Below are positions 49,971 through 62,856 of a stretch of 64,000 bases of DNA, piece after piece. This DNA is from Chara braunii (lineage: Eukaryota > Plantae > Charophyceae). Each line of letters begins with the position of its first letter. Position 1 is the first letter of the stretch. The notes below the pieces were generated by a model that worked only from the letters and a program-made list of their open reading frames with translations, was not told the DNA's origin and did no database searches. The translations under genes and the position numbers were made by a program. Location: contig BFEA01000007.1 in the NCBI GenBank assembly GCA_003427395.1, forward strand, positions 5,988,117 through 6,052,116. Direction: 5' to 3'.

Positions 49971-52900
49971 CAAAGAGACTGATTTGTAAGACTAGTCTAG
50001 CCACAATTCGCAGTCGGGATGGCTGCGTATCCATGGATGTCTTTTGTCGTTTAGCGGTCCGTTTCCTTATGGGAATGTCGTCGACCGGGTACGCGGGTTT
50101 AGAGGGTGTTGTTGCGCAATTAATAGGGTTGCGGTCGCCAACTGGACCACCGACTGGTAGTCTTGAGAGGGAACGTGGTGGCGGTCGTCGAAGATTGTGG
50201 TGCGCATCTGGTCGTAACACCCTTTCTAGTATGGGAAAGGTTTTTTCGATTATCTGGCCGTTCGTTCTCCACCGAGATCGACGGGACCAATTTATTTTTT
50301 TTCGTCTGGTTGGTAATATTCATTGCCAACACATCAACGGCTGTGTTCTTTTTTGTGGTTCTGTCAATGTATCTGGCTAGCACGTGAGGACCTAAGACAT
50401 GTCATTACCGTTTTTTTTTTCGTCTTTTTTTGTGTCTTCCTCCACGACTTTCGACATGTACAAAAGACAAAATATGGCAGTGTTTCTTTCCTCATTTTGG
50501 GGAAAACATAGGATTCGTGAAAAACCAACAAAAAACAACATTGAGTTTGAACGAAATTTATTAAAGGTTCCAGAAGTACAGTGTTTAAGACTCCTTTAGA
50601 AGCAAGACTCCACGCGAAGTAAAATAACCTCAATAAAAAGGAATTTTTTTAGAACCACTGAAAGTGGTGAGGAAAAGAACATGTTTTTTCTAAAAATCAC
50701 TAACAAGCGAAAAACGGTTTATTAAGGAATAAAAATATGCAGTTTTTTTTATTGTATGAAAAGATCATGTGTATACTCCTATAAGTCATGTAGCATGGTG
50801 AACGTGTTTGAGGGTTTCATGAGCAGACTGACTTGTTATCTTGTTTGTGACTACGTTCCCCTTAACATGTTCTCACTTTTATGGGCAACCCTTCCTTTTT
50901 TTTAATAGATTTTTAATTTATTTTTTTTTCGGATTTTTATTTTTAACTTGGATTAGACTAATAATTTGAGGATGCATCTGAGGCAAAAGTTGTTTGTGTT
51001 ATTATTTTACATATCATAATTTTTTTTAGAACATTTCTATTGTTAACTTCAAAATTGCTTTATAGGAATTTATACTGTTGAGAACGACGTATAGTCCTAT
51101 ATGTCAGTACTCACTAGAACTGTTTTTTTTTTACAACTTTCAAGTTCGCGCTACAATTTTTTTATTGGAGCTCTGTTGTTTGCTGGTCTGTTGGAAATCA
51201 CTTATAGTCCTATAACAAGACTTTTGCCAGAAAGGGTTTCCCGACATATTTTTAGGATCGCTTCACTTTTAGCTCGTTTTTTTGCCTCGTCTTTCAAGAA
51301 AGGATTAAAGACGCTGTTCTTTTTTTGTTAAATACAACTGTTTCACTTCCACGATTTCACTCTATACAAAATGTTGGGTTTCATAGTTTTTTTTGGGTTT
51401 TCACGAATCCTTAGTTGGAAGTGTTCGGTTCCATTTTTTTTTTTTTTGCCTTTTTTGGGGCCTTCCTCCACGACTTTCGACATGTATAATACAAAAGACA
51501 AAAATATGGCAATGTTTCTTTCTACATTCTAGGGAAGTATTTGTCTTTCTGTTACCCCCTCTCCAACTCGATTTTCCGTTTCGCCTTTTCTAATCTCAAC
51601 TAAATGTATCTAACTTCAATTATGACATCCACAGTTTAGTTCGCATCCATCAGGTTCGTCCCGACGTTGATGTTTTGTGCGGTCAGGTTCGTCAGGTCGT
51701 CGATGCAGCGTTCGGCTGTGCAGCCAGGTATGTCTATTGCGAGTCCTGAGAGCGAGGGTTTTTAGAGATTGGAGAGTGGAGAGCGAGAATGCGCGGGGGC
51801 GAGACAGGGCGGCCGAAGGGAGGTTTCGAAATCACGTGGAGATGCGGGAACAGGCATGGGCGGCTGGTCGTAGCGTGGAGGCTGGTTGAGTTTTCGTGTC
51901 AAAGGCTGGTTGAGTTTTCGTGTCGAAGGCTGGTTGAGTTCTCGTGTTGAAGGTTGAACCTATGATCTGTCGGGCGGATCGAGGCGTGAGACATGGCGGA
52001 GGGAAAACGTGAAAGCGAATGTGCAATGTGGCGGTTCGTGGACCGAGCGCACGTCATGGATCGACCCAGTGTCTTGTGCATTAATTTTAGGGTCGTTGTG
52101 TGTGCGTGAATGTGCGTTTGGGTTACGGTTACGTTGTCGAGTGTAGTTTGCGGTTTAGAGGAAGGAGGAAGTTGCATGTGCATAGTGCGATATGGGGGAT
52201 GTGGCATGTGATATGTGTAGATACGTTGTCGGAGGGCGTGGTGTCCCGACCCTCCTCTGTTCGCCAGACTCCTACCTAAGTACCGGCTCTGCGCTCAGAC
52301 GTCGCGGCCCATTGGGTTGTTCCAGAGCCCTAGTGATGCTCCTGGGTTGATACCAGTAATGGACAGGCCAGTTAGTGCATTTCCTAGCAAAAGGGTGCGC
52401 CACTGGACTTTCCATTGGTCCACGCAGGGTCGGCGCCCTGCAGTACAGCAGAGCACTACCGGCCTGTGGCCGTGGTAGCCGCCGGGTTCGCCCAGGGACG
52501 CGAAAGAAGAGGGGCGGCCACGGTCTTTTCTACTGCGCGCAGAGTACCCCTCCACCAGGTTATGGGTGAGCTGCACGGGACAGAGGTCATTGTCAAAGGA
52601 AGAGAAGGGAAAAGGAAAAATAAAACGTCAAATTTGAACCCGCGTTTTAACTCGGGAAAAATCCGGTGGCTTCAGGCCACTGCGATGTTACGATTTTCTT
52701 ACATTTTTTTCTGATTTTGCTACTACTATTACTATTATTATTACTATTATTAGTATTATGATTTAGAGTCTCCTACAGGCTTCTCCAGCTAGTCGTTTCG
52801 CAGGGCCGGCGGTTCAAATTTGAACTGAGGTCGTCGTTGGATGGCCTAGACTGGCCCGACTTCTCGTTTTCACCTTATGGCTGAATTGCTTGGCACAGTG

Positions 52901-53514
52901 TCGCGCGGAGGGGCCCAAAAAGGGGGCAGCCCGCAGCCGCTTCGGTAGGAGGCTTATCACCCCTTGTGGAAGGTCATAAGCCCCCTCCTTACCATCGAAC
53001 GTGGGTACCTGTCAGGGATAGATCAATAACACGTTTTTGAGTAGAGGGAAGTGCACGTCGGTATCCCGTTATAGGGCTACCGCGTCAGACCTGGGTCACT
53101 TCACCCCCAAGGCGACCGTTGGGGTTCCGGCTCCGCTGTCCTCTTTCGCTCTACTTTCCTCACGAAATTTTGGAAAGTAAATGTTTCTCCTACATTTGTT
53201 TTTATTTTCTTTTCTTATTTGATTAGTTTATGAATTACAAAATTACTAAAATACAGAACGGTCAGAGATGTTTGACCCCCTCGTTTAGAGCGTCGGGATC
53301 GCNGTGANCGGCGATCCTATTAAAGAGAGAGGGGACGAACCTCTGGATATCCTGGNATGAGCAGTCTTGCCGCACTGGTGGTGGACACCCTGAAGNAAGA
53401 ACTGTGTTATGGCATGGGTGTGAGATAGCCCTGCTTGCNTGTGTGTGCGTTGAGGCCTGACTATTCCGGAATCGGGTAGCNTAGTGTTAGTTGTTTGTCT
53501 GGGGGGGCGCAAAC

Positions 53515-54000
53515 ATGGTGCGGAGCAATNGGCTGCACGGCTACAAGCCGACACACCTCCAGTTCACCTGGAAGTGGGAGTGGATGTCCAGGGAGGGACC
53601 TACCGTGACCGCAATCCTGGACTACANCCATTGCAACCGGGAGGCAAGGCTAAAAATCAACGTTGAAGGGGAAAGGGAAGAGAGAATGAGGGCCGACCAG
53701 AGGCTGCAACTGGCNATCACGGAGGCTAAGGACCGAGCGGAGAGGAGATGCAGAAGAGATGGGGTTACAGACGAGCTGAGGGTTACTATTTCCTACCTGG
53801 AGGAGGAGACTTCGGCGGACACAGTGGAGCGCGAGCAGAGGCACTTGCATTGCGATTCGGAAGCGGAGAGCGAGGCCAGTGACCGAGAGACTGATCTCCA
53901 GTTTTGGAATAGACCAGGCCAGGTTCGCAAAAACCACCCGTTGGCGCGACCAGTGGAGGACGGTCCAGAGGCCAGCTCGCGACGGGGGCGTCAGGGTTGA
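53515..54000 (+). CDS. LTR-encoded ORF-L1 (~160 aa), unknown function
   Basis: Open frame with a few Ns; synonymous-only differences from the 24288 copy across LKINVEG. Confidence 0.7.
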   Translation: MVRSNXLHGYKPTHLQFTWKWEWMSREGPTVTAILDYXHCNREARLKINVEGEREERMRADQRLQLXITEAKDRAERRCRRDGVTDELRVTISYLEEETSADTVEREQRHLHCDSEAESEASDRETDLQFWNRPGQVRKNHPLARPVEDGPEASSRRGRQG

Positions 54001-57000
54001 GCCCATGCAGTGGGACCTTGTGAGAGGGGACACATGCATGAGGCGGGGACAGGAGAGAGAGCAAAGTCAGCGCCTGAAGGAGGACGTGAGAGGTGTGCGT
54101 TAATGTGACAGTTGACGTCACCTACCAAACAAGCGGGGCACGGCAGTCGGTCTTCTTACGGTAGTGAGAGAGAGAGGGATCGGTAAAGTGCGGAGTGCTC
54201 GGTGGGTATTCTTGAGGCTCACTGGATTTAGCAAAAGAGGGACGAGGTGGTTGCGAGCACACGAGAGGGTGAGAAGAGAGACGCNCGTGGCTAATTGAGA
54301 AGGGGGGCGTTGTCTCGAGGGCGCAGGTGTCCAATGCAGCAACTCTTCGAAACAGACGGACGGAAAGAAGTCGTCGCATATGGATGGTGCGTGGGAAAAC
54401 GCAGAGAGAACATGATAGAGTTTTTGTCGTGATGATAGTGTAACGCCGCATACGGGAGAGGTGGTCAGACTGTGCTCCTACGGGTAGAGTGCAAGCATGG
54501 GTGACCAACTGGCCTGCTCGAAAGGCTCTGCCGTGTTGGTACAACTAGCGTGTTGTACTATTGACGACTGTCAGCTCCTGCAAATGTGTTGTGATCAGAC
54601 GAGACCTGGGTCACTCATGATCTGACGAGACGTGTGGTGAGAGAGGATTTTGCGTGACCCCCATTCAGCTCCTCTGTAGTCTGGGTCGCTCCCTACTGCT
54701 ATGCCAAGATTAGCAAGGGAGGAATACTGCTTGAAATTGAGCCTATGCTTGGTCTGCGCGATAGAAGAAGTATACTCGCGGATATGTATACGAAGAGAAC
54801 TGCACCTGACCTTCACTGACTGGTTTTAGGACGCCAAGAGTGCTTTGTTACGCGACTTCAGTTGCCGTGTGCATGACTCGCATCACGACTTACTGCCTCG
54901 TTGAGTTTGGCAAGGACGGGGCATTGGACGGGAAACGAACTCCGCGCGTGACTCGGTCAAAAGGTAGTGGTCTCGTGAAAGCATGTGCGGGTCAAACGTA
55001 CGAGACCGCCTCGTTGATGTCAACTGCAATATTCTGGCGGGACGAGTGCAGTGAAGAGNCTCAGGTGATCGGAGTGTGAAGTCACGAAGCTACCAGTCTA
55101 AGAAGAAGAATGAGAGATGCTTGTGATACACGGGGCTATCTTGAGGCTGCACGACTGCAGCTGCCACTAATAGTCCCTTTTCGAGAGGTAACAGTTTTCA
55201 CTTTACATTTTTTTTTTTTTTCGCTGATCTTCAGCCGAGTTTGAAGCCACGAGCATTCACCTCACCACGGTTCTGTTCCAGATGAGGTTCTCATAGCAGA
55301 TACTGGTCATGTCAGAGCGGAGCCCAAGAGAATGTGTGGTTGTCATTTGGTTCAGTAACGTTGTCCTCATTTGTGCGGATCTTATCATCTGCATGTGAAA
55401 TTACCCTGCCTCTTCTTCAATCGTCACCAGAGTGATCCCGTCGAACTGTTAGGAGAACCTAACATTGACACGATCGCCTGAGAGTCTCATGCAAGAATTA
55501 ACAGTAATCAGAAAGTGAACGCGGGTACGCAGAGTGAGTGGTTTTCAGACGACTAGGAGGGGTTGCAGTTTTTGGGCCCGAAGACGGTTTTCTTACACCT
55601 GTTATGGCGATTTTAATCAAAGAGGGGTGGAAACCCGGCTACTGTCTTGTTTCTTGCATTGTATGCCTGATAACGAACCCCGGAGGATGACTGATTGAGT
55701 TTGGTGTATTCTTTTCCCCCTATACTGCTTTAGCATTGTAAGGGTAGAGGTCACAAGAGCAGTTTGGATTTTGACATTTTTTTTCCCCTTCTCGTGACCA
55801 CACGAAAGCGTGAACGTGTGGGTTTACATGTGTGCATCTGATTAAACGCTTGCTAGCGTTCATAAGAGTTTGTTTATGACATGTAATTAATTGAGTGTAA
55901 GATCATGCGAAAATGCGTGTACCCGTGTGAACAAATGAATGTGTGATCGTGCGTGTCTGCGAGTCTGATGACAGTGTATGCAGGCGGTTGTTCGAGTATC
56001 CAGGTTCATTATTGGACTCAATGCAAGAGTTTGTCTCTATAAGGAATCACAGTGGTAATTTTGGTTATGTTACGTGATTTTGTCTTTCCTGAATGGATGG
56101 GGAAAAGAAAGACAATACTGAGAAAAGTCTCTTANATTCTGGTTAAATTTTTACTTGATGGTGATTGACTGTCTACTCGCCCAGTTTTGGTAAGTCCCAG
56201 CTCAAAGAAGAGCAATTTGAGCTTTTCATCATGGTTGGCAGAGTCTCAATCATGTTGTGAGGATCCTCACCAAATGAGCCTTATGCATTCCTCTTATCTG
56301 TCCTCGAGTAGCCTCCATTCCCAGTTGACCTCTACATGGGTGATAGAGGCGTGAGCCTCTAAGGCAATTTTCCTTCGAGACCTGGTCCCTGTTCTTACGA
56401 AATGTAGAGTTGGTCAATTCGTTTGCTTGGGAGACGGACGCCGGGGGCATCCTTTATAATGGATAGTACCAGGTCCTCATTCTAGCTTGTTTTTTTTAGA
56501 ATGAGTATTAATGGGTCCACCTCCTTTCGTGACCCACGTTTTTGAGACATTATCCGATGCTTCCTATCTCGGCACATGGAGTTTGAACGAAAGCAGAGTA
56601 AATACGTGCACCACAAGTAAATCAGGAAAGACACAGAACTTGTTTCCTGTAATCAGAGTTATGAGTTTTGGACGATGAGTTTTGGACGATGAGTTTTGGA
56701 CGATGATGAGACTGTACTCAAGCCGACAGTGAGTATCGACCTGGTCGACATCTGGTCTTAATGAACTTGAGTACGGACTAGTCACGAGCCAAGAGTCAGA
56801 ATCTTCAAGTGAAAACCCAAACTCTGAACTCTAACCCTGTCAGATTTCTAGCTAGAGCAGCATTGTGAAAACGGCCTATCTTCGAACTAGGTGCTGGCGG
56901 ACTATACCGGAGGCCGAATAATGAGCTCAGAATCCTCAGATTGATACCACGTGGCGCGCGAGTGGCCAAACAGGTAGCGCCCAACCACATTCGGATTTGC

Positions 57001-57551
57001 GGTGCCGAATATATGACCCTCGCAGCGGAACGTGCCGAATTACACTCAAGACGTGTTTAGGGCTCCGAGTCTCTGCCTCCAGGAATAAATTCTGATTGGT
57101 CTAGCCCTTACCTGAGTAGCAGCACTTGGAGACTCGACATACATCACGGTCCCATACGTTGGTGCGCTTGGCCAAGAGTCCATTATCAAATAAGAGGAAG
57201 TAAAGTTAGTCTATTTTGATCAGCTGATTTGCAGTCCCGAGTCAGACCGAACCGAGAATAACAGACCTAAGGACACGAAGCCTGGCATAGCGGTACTTCG
57301 CTGAGACTTAGAGGGAACGAGGGACTGAGTCAGGGTGTGCTCAACGCTGTTCTCCGTCTACACCCAGTAGGTCACTGACAACCCCCAACTTAGAAGAACG
57401 CTGACTTAGTCAAAATTGAGACTCAACGTTTATACAACTATCCTTGGAAACTCGAGAGGACGTCTGGGTGGCAAATGAGTGAAGACAAACTAAGTGGTTA
57501 TGTAGTATCTACCTGGGCACCGAGTCCCAGTAAAAGAATGAAAAGAAAATC

Positions 57552-57803
57552 ATGGGGAATNAATACAAATTGGAAGTAACCTGCTCTCTCCACTTTGACA
57601 AAGAAGATGGTTGGGAGGAGAAGGCAATTGGGAGCATCCAACATGCTTGGGGACTAATGAGAGAGGGAGCGCTAGAGCTGGTGAAAAATCAGAGAATCAT
57701 TGTATATACTTTCTACTTCTATGGACTGGACGGACAATTGCACAACACCTTTTCATCTGCAGAAGCGGTAGACATAGCACGAGAACTTATCAACCACAAA
57801 TAG
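57552..57803 (+). CDS. LTR-encoded ORF-L2 (83 aa), unknown function
   Basis: Protein-level match to 19716-20041. Confidence 0.6.
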   Translation: MGNXYKLEVTCSLHFDKEDGWEEKAIGSIQHAWGLMREGALELVKNQRIIVYTFYFYGLDGQLHNTFSSAEAVDIARELINHK

Positions 57804-58498
57804 TAATCAAGGAAGAGGGAGACTTCCTAGTGTGTAACGGGGAGAAACATTGTAGAAGTGAATAGATAGAGTGGGAAGACTGTGGGATTTATCACATAGT
57901 AATATTCAAACGACAGGCGCGACATATAGCACGCAGTACAGACGGAAGACGGACTTTTGTTAGGTACACTGAATGTTGTTAGAGTTTGGTCAGTGAGACA
58001 ATCTTTACAGTTATTCTACCCGGCTTGCTCGGTTGGATCAGATAATCTATTAGAGTTCATTGTGTTGAACACCATGTGAACTCTGCAATGAGGAACAAAA
58101 TCAGTCAAGTGTGTCACCTTCTCTCCATAGGACAGACCAAGGTAAAACTTTCATGAACTCAGCGGTGCTCAAGCCACCCTCCCTTAAGCTCCACCAAGAT
58201 TCGAACAGTCAGCACCCTTCAGTGTTCTCATTGTTTCGCCTTGCAGTACCATGACGCGTGAATCGACGATCTGGTGATTTAATATATCAGACAACTTTCA
58301 GGCAATCTTCAGATAACATTCAGACATCTTTCAGGCGACACTCAGATAGTGTTCGGGTGGCAACTAAGGGCTTGTTCGTCTAGTGATAACTGTCGTTTAT
58401 TCAGTGGGCAATAGTCAATTCAACCTGCAACACACACTCATTAGTCAAAATTTGGTTTCCTTTTCCCTTTATCAGAAAGTATCCGTTTGATTAAACCC

Positions 58499-59180
58499 AT
58501 GAGAGAAATCAACCCCTTTCCAGTCGAGCCGTCTGTTCTCAACAGTCTCAATCGGGTGGCCTAAAAAAAAAGCTTCTCATACAGTTATGCCAAGATTGAC
58601 GGCTTCAAGTGTGAAGATCTATCAATCTTCGTCGCTCTTATGAAATTTGCAGGAGGCACGGTCAAAGACCTGCGGGTATATCTTAAGAAGGGGAATGAGA
58701 CACATCCACACTTTGACGCAGTTTGGGTGGCAGCAGCTAGGTACGTGGAGTGGAAAGCTGAGAGACTCCAAGGGGACTCAAAGCTTGTTTATAGCTTTGG
58801 CCCCAAGCTCTTTACAGACTACCCGAAACCTCCGGTCCCCTATCATCTTACAGACGGCTCCAGCTGGGGTGACCTGGTGGATTTAGCAAAAAGCTACATT
58901 TCTCCAACCCCTATTGATTATGAGGCAGTGACCAAGTCTTCCGAGTTCCTACGCATTAGACAAGGAATCTTCTCTTAGTCATATCTCCCTACTCAATGAG
59001 AGGAGTTATGTGCTATGGTTCACTTCCGTATCATGGGACTTGGATGAAAGTGTTGGGAGCTAGCAGGGTTCAGATGGCTCTACATTAAGAGGCCCCAAAC
59101 TCAGAAAGTACGGGGACATGGCTCGAAGCACAAGAGACATACAACAAGACGAGACTGAGAATGACCCAGAGGGATGAGTG
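58499..59180 (+). pseudogene. LTR-encoded ORF-L3 (accessory-domain family, ~225 codons, several stops)
   Basis: MREINP...DLSIFVALMKFAGGTVKDLRVY...PKPPVPYHLTDGSSWGDLV; matches 18693-19380. Confidence 0.75.
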
Positions 59181-59634
59181 AGGACTCGAGTCTAGTGTTG
59201 GTCATGCTCTCTTCCATGTACTCTGTGAGATTATTATGAGTTCTCATTCTTCCCTCTCTTAACTATGTCATTGCTTGAGTCAGTCAGTCCTGCTTCTTTG
59301 CATTGCCATGCTCGATGTTTGCATTTCTCTAAAGGTTTTGTCAAATTTCTCAAAATCTGATTAACATAATTGATGCATGCATAGATTTCCACAATTTTTA
59401 TGATTATTATTTGCACGATTCTGTTGTCCCGAATCAAAATAAAAGATTCCTAAGACCGGGGACCGGCGAAGACCGCAATTGAAGGGTCTCGCTCGAAGTC
59501 GGACGCACACAACAGGAAGGGATCTGCATTATTTAATTTGATTTATTTATTGCAAACAATATTAAATCCTGCGTGATAGCCTGTTGACTTTCAGGTCGAC
59601 CGAAGTGGCCCGACTAGAAAAAGTGCAACAAAAA

Positions 59635-59652
59635 TGGCGCCGTTGCCGGGGA
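59635..59652 (+). promoter_or_regulatory. tRNA-Asp primer binding site of D
   Basis: TGGCGCCGTTGCCGGGGA, identical to the PBS of element B. Confidence 0.92.
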
Positions 59653-59828
59653 CGTGAAAAAGTTTCGTGTCTAGAACGAGTCTGGGTCAGCAAGCTGCTT
59701 TGAGCTTTGATTAGGTCTTCAGAACTGTTGACAATTTCTGAATTTCCCAGACTCATTTTGCAATTTTTTCTCGAGTTATTATTCTCTTGAAAAAGCCTAG
59801 TTGCTAACTGAGTCTTATCTTTCCTTGT

Positions 59829-60370
59829 GTGAGGTACCGCACTGGACTAGAGAAGGAGACTGATATTATTGACCAGAGAGAATCGGTCTTGATCTCATGT
59901 ATGCCTCATGAGCCTATGATATCCTTGGAACATTGGGAAGAGAAAGAAAGAATCAAGAGCTCGGAGACTTCATCAAGACTGCTAACTTCTGATGCATTGA
60001 AAGAACTCTTGAAAGTGATTACAAAAGGGATATTCCCCTATCAATACGAGCATTGTTGGGTCTACCGTTCTGACAATTCGGCCATCAGCGTAGTGCTGAC
60101 TCGCTTCCTGGAGGGAGGTATCTATGATATCCGTCCTTATGACAAGAAGGGGGACTGCGGGAAAGGTGAGACCTTTAACTGGCTATGGGGAATTGCGATC
60201 CAATCTCTTTATGATGAGAAAGCAGACCTAATCAAGCAAAAGAAGAGAGTGAAATGAGAAGTAATGTCAGTACCGTATGAGACTGTTCCAATTCCTCCTA
60301 TACCTGACAGCTATTGTGATGGGACTAACTAGTTGCCAATTATCAGCATGGTACTGACGAGGGAGAAATG
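59829..60370 (+). pseudogene. Accessory-domain paralog just after the PBS
   Basis: IFPYQYEH...VVLTRFLEGGIYDIRPY; read-through of the 60257 stop gives VPIPPIPDSYCDGTN. Confidence 0.72.
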
Positions 60371-62388
60371 AACTAGTGGTCATGAGAACTAGAGAGATTT
60401 CAGCAGAGGAAATCCAACACAGAAGGTTGAAATTTGGCAGAGGTTCATGCCCAAGTCAGGAGAAGGTCGAGTGCCTCCTGAAATAACTGAATGTTCAAAG
60501 TAAGAGAGAGGTAACGCAGTGTCAAAGACCTGAGGAACTCATGGTTGTGGCACGTCAGAATATGTAATCAATATTATTCTTATGATAAAGAGAAAAGTAT
60601 GATGGGCATAACGAAGTTCAGTTCTGCCTGATTGAGAGTAGCTAGAAGAAGAACTTCGTGTCTCTGACTAAGTTGTCCATCTAAGAAATTCAGACGAGGA
60701 CAGGCATAAAGAAGTCCTGCTTACCTGACTGAGAATTGTCAGCAGAGGGACTTCGTGTTTCTTAACTAAGTTGTTTGTCTTCACTCGGATGAGGGAAGGG
60801 ATCTCTCTAAGATCAACATTTCAGTATTTCCTTGGGACTGACGGGACGTCTCTTGGTAAAGAAATTCCCTGCTGAGGGAAGGGATCTCTATGCGACCAGC
60901 ACTAAGCATCCTTCTTGAGACTGAAAGGAGGTCTCCTGCAAGGGCTTGGTGGTGGTTATCATGTTGTTGTTCAGTGCCTCTTGAGACTGAAGTGAAGTCT
61001 CTTGAGAAATGTTTGTCATGTTACGAGGCATGAGCAGTCTGCTTGTGGGTTATGATATGCTTATCTGATTGTCTGTGCCTGGGGTTTTCTTTTCTAACCT
61101 AAAGATGCATTGATTGTCGGGGCTAGCCAGAGCCTTACCGCAGTAGGTTGCAATCTGGTGGGGTCACCAAGTCCCCGATGCGAGTGTCGAATTCCGTAGC
61201 CGACTGAGGCTAAGACTCCGGGGGTCTGGCCTGTGAGGTCGAAAGGGGTCAGCTGGAACCCTACCGCAGTCAGAGGATGCAATCCAGTGAGGTTCACCAG
61301 AGCCTGGAACTGTGGTTAGACCAGTTCCCATGTTCAAAAATATGGGAGGGGCAGCCAGCACCCTAGGCCAAAAACTGGTGGGTGAGCCGATCCCCGACCA
61401 CAGTGGTCAAATCCGGGTTCGGGACAGTTTGACTGATGGGGGTCTACTGTCATAGGGTGACCAGACCCTCTATAGTCTGGGTGTCCTGGCGAGAGTGTCA
61501 AAGGGCTGCCATACTCGAGTAGTGGGTATGTTGGTCCTGACCTGGAGGCAGGTCAAAGGGGTTGTCAAGACAAATGGTCTGACTAGTCCTGGCCTGAGGC
61601 GGGCCGAATAGGGTATGTCAGACTGACGGGACGTCTGGCATTCCTGGTCAATGGTGGGCCAAAACCAAGGCAATCAATAACTCTTGGGTGTGAAGAATTG
61701 TCTTGTTGCGCCTATTAATTTATTGTTTTATTATTTTTATCATTTTATTATTTTATTTTATTATGGGTTTTATTTTGTTTACTTGTTGCTTGACTGATTA
61801 ATTATTGAGGGATCTGCTTGCTGGGGCATAGTCTGTTGTCTGTGGGACTCTGTTTTGCATGTATATAAAGACTTATTTAAAGTTCCCCAGACCATAGAAA
61901 AGAAAAGGGGTTTGGTATCCCCTTCCTTTTATCTGAGAACTTGAGGAGACGCCTCACTCAGATAAGAAAAATAAAACAAGGGTCTGGTATCCCGTGAGTC
62001 ACTTGAGAAGTTGAGAAGATATCTCATTCAAGCCAGAGGACAGAAAAAGGGTTTTGTATGCCCTACTCTCAGCATAGCAGACCGGATGAGAACCACAATC
62101 ACTAGTATCAGACTGACAGTGCCTTCGGGTTTTGCAGCGAAGACGAAGGTCGAGGTAACCTTTTTCTGCCATGAAATCCAGACCGAGAACAAATTTCAGA
62201 ATGACAAGTGGCCAGAATGAGCAGCGAATGAGAAACTGGAAGCATAATCTTTTTTTAATTTATTTGGTGGCAGACAAGCGGCCTTGTCCACGAGGAACCT
62301 GCATCCTCGGCCTCCAAGTGTTTAAACTCTTGAGCCAGGGACACTATGAGTGATGCGTGAGCCGATAATTTTCAAGGGAAACACAGAT

Positions 62389-62856
62389 TCAGGAAGTTGA
62401 AAAGAAATCACGCTTATATACGATATAGAGGATTATCATGAGCTCAATCTGAAATAAGGAGAGAAGAAGGAAGATGCAGAGAAGGGTGCAATTATTGGGA
62501 TAAGAAGGAGAAGAGACTGCGCAGGGATTGGGAGGTGAAGCAGCTGGCACTAAAGCCCTACTTGCCTCAGGCGTATTAAGAGCTCTAGGTGAGTACGGAG
62601 GGGAAAAAGTGGTTGGCGCGTCGTAGTGCGCCTCAAACTTCTTCTGGAGGTACATCATCTTTTCAGGAGATGAGGTTTTTTCATACCAACTCGGAGGGGG
62701 ATGGCGCAAGTAAGGCTTCGTGTATGTGCCATAACCCCTTTCATCTTCCTCCTCCTCTTAACTATGCTCGCGCCTTGCACGAGGTGGCGGCTCCTCACGA
62801 GCCTTCCCTGCTCTCCCTCCTCTTCCTCTTCCCTGTCCCCTACGTGCTTCAGGCAT
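62389..62856 (-). pseudogene. Antisense ORF near the PPT with C-terminal hydrophobic segment
   Basis: MPEARRGQGR...YLRHPPPSWYEK...LLCIFLLLSLFQIELMIILYIVY, one internal stop; homolog at 25930-26166. Confidence 0.55.

Larger units (their letters stand above)
52227..59630 (+). repeat. 5' LTR of D (7404 bp)
   Basis: TGTCGG...GCAACA; followed by AAAA and the PBS; both termini match the copy at 11271-25600. Confidence 0.87.

Noticed and set aside
52227-59630. Hammerhead-ribozyme retrozyme
   Set aside because: The CTGATGA hits I noticed lack the required stems and GAAA arrangement on manual inspection; the search was not exhaustive.
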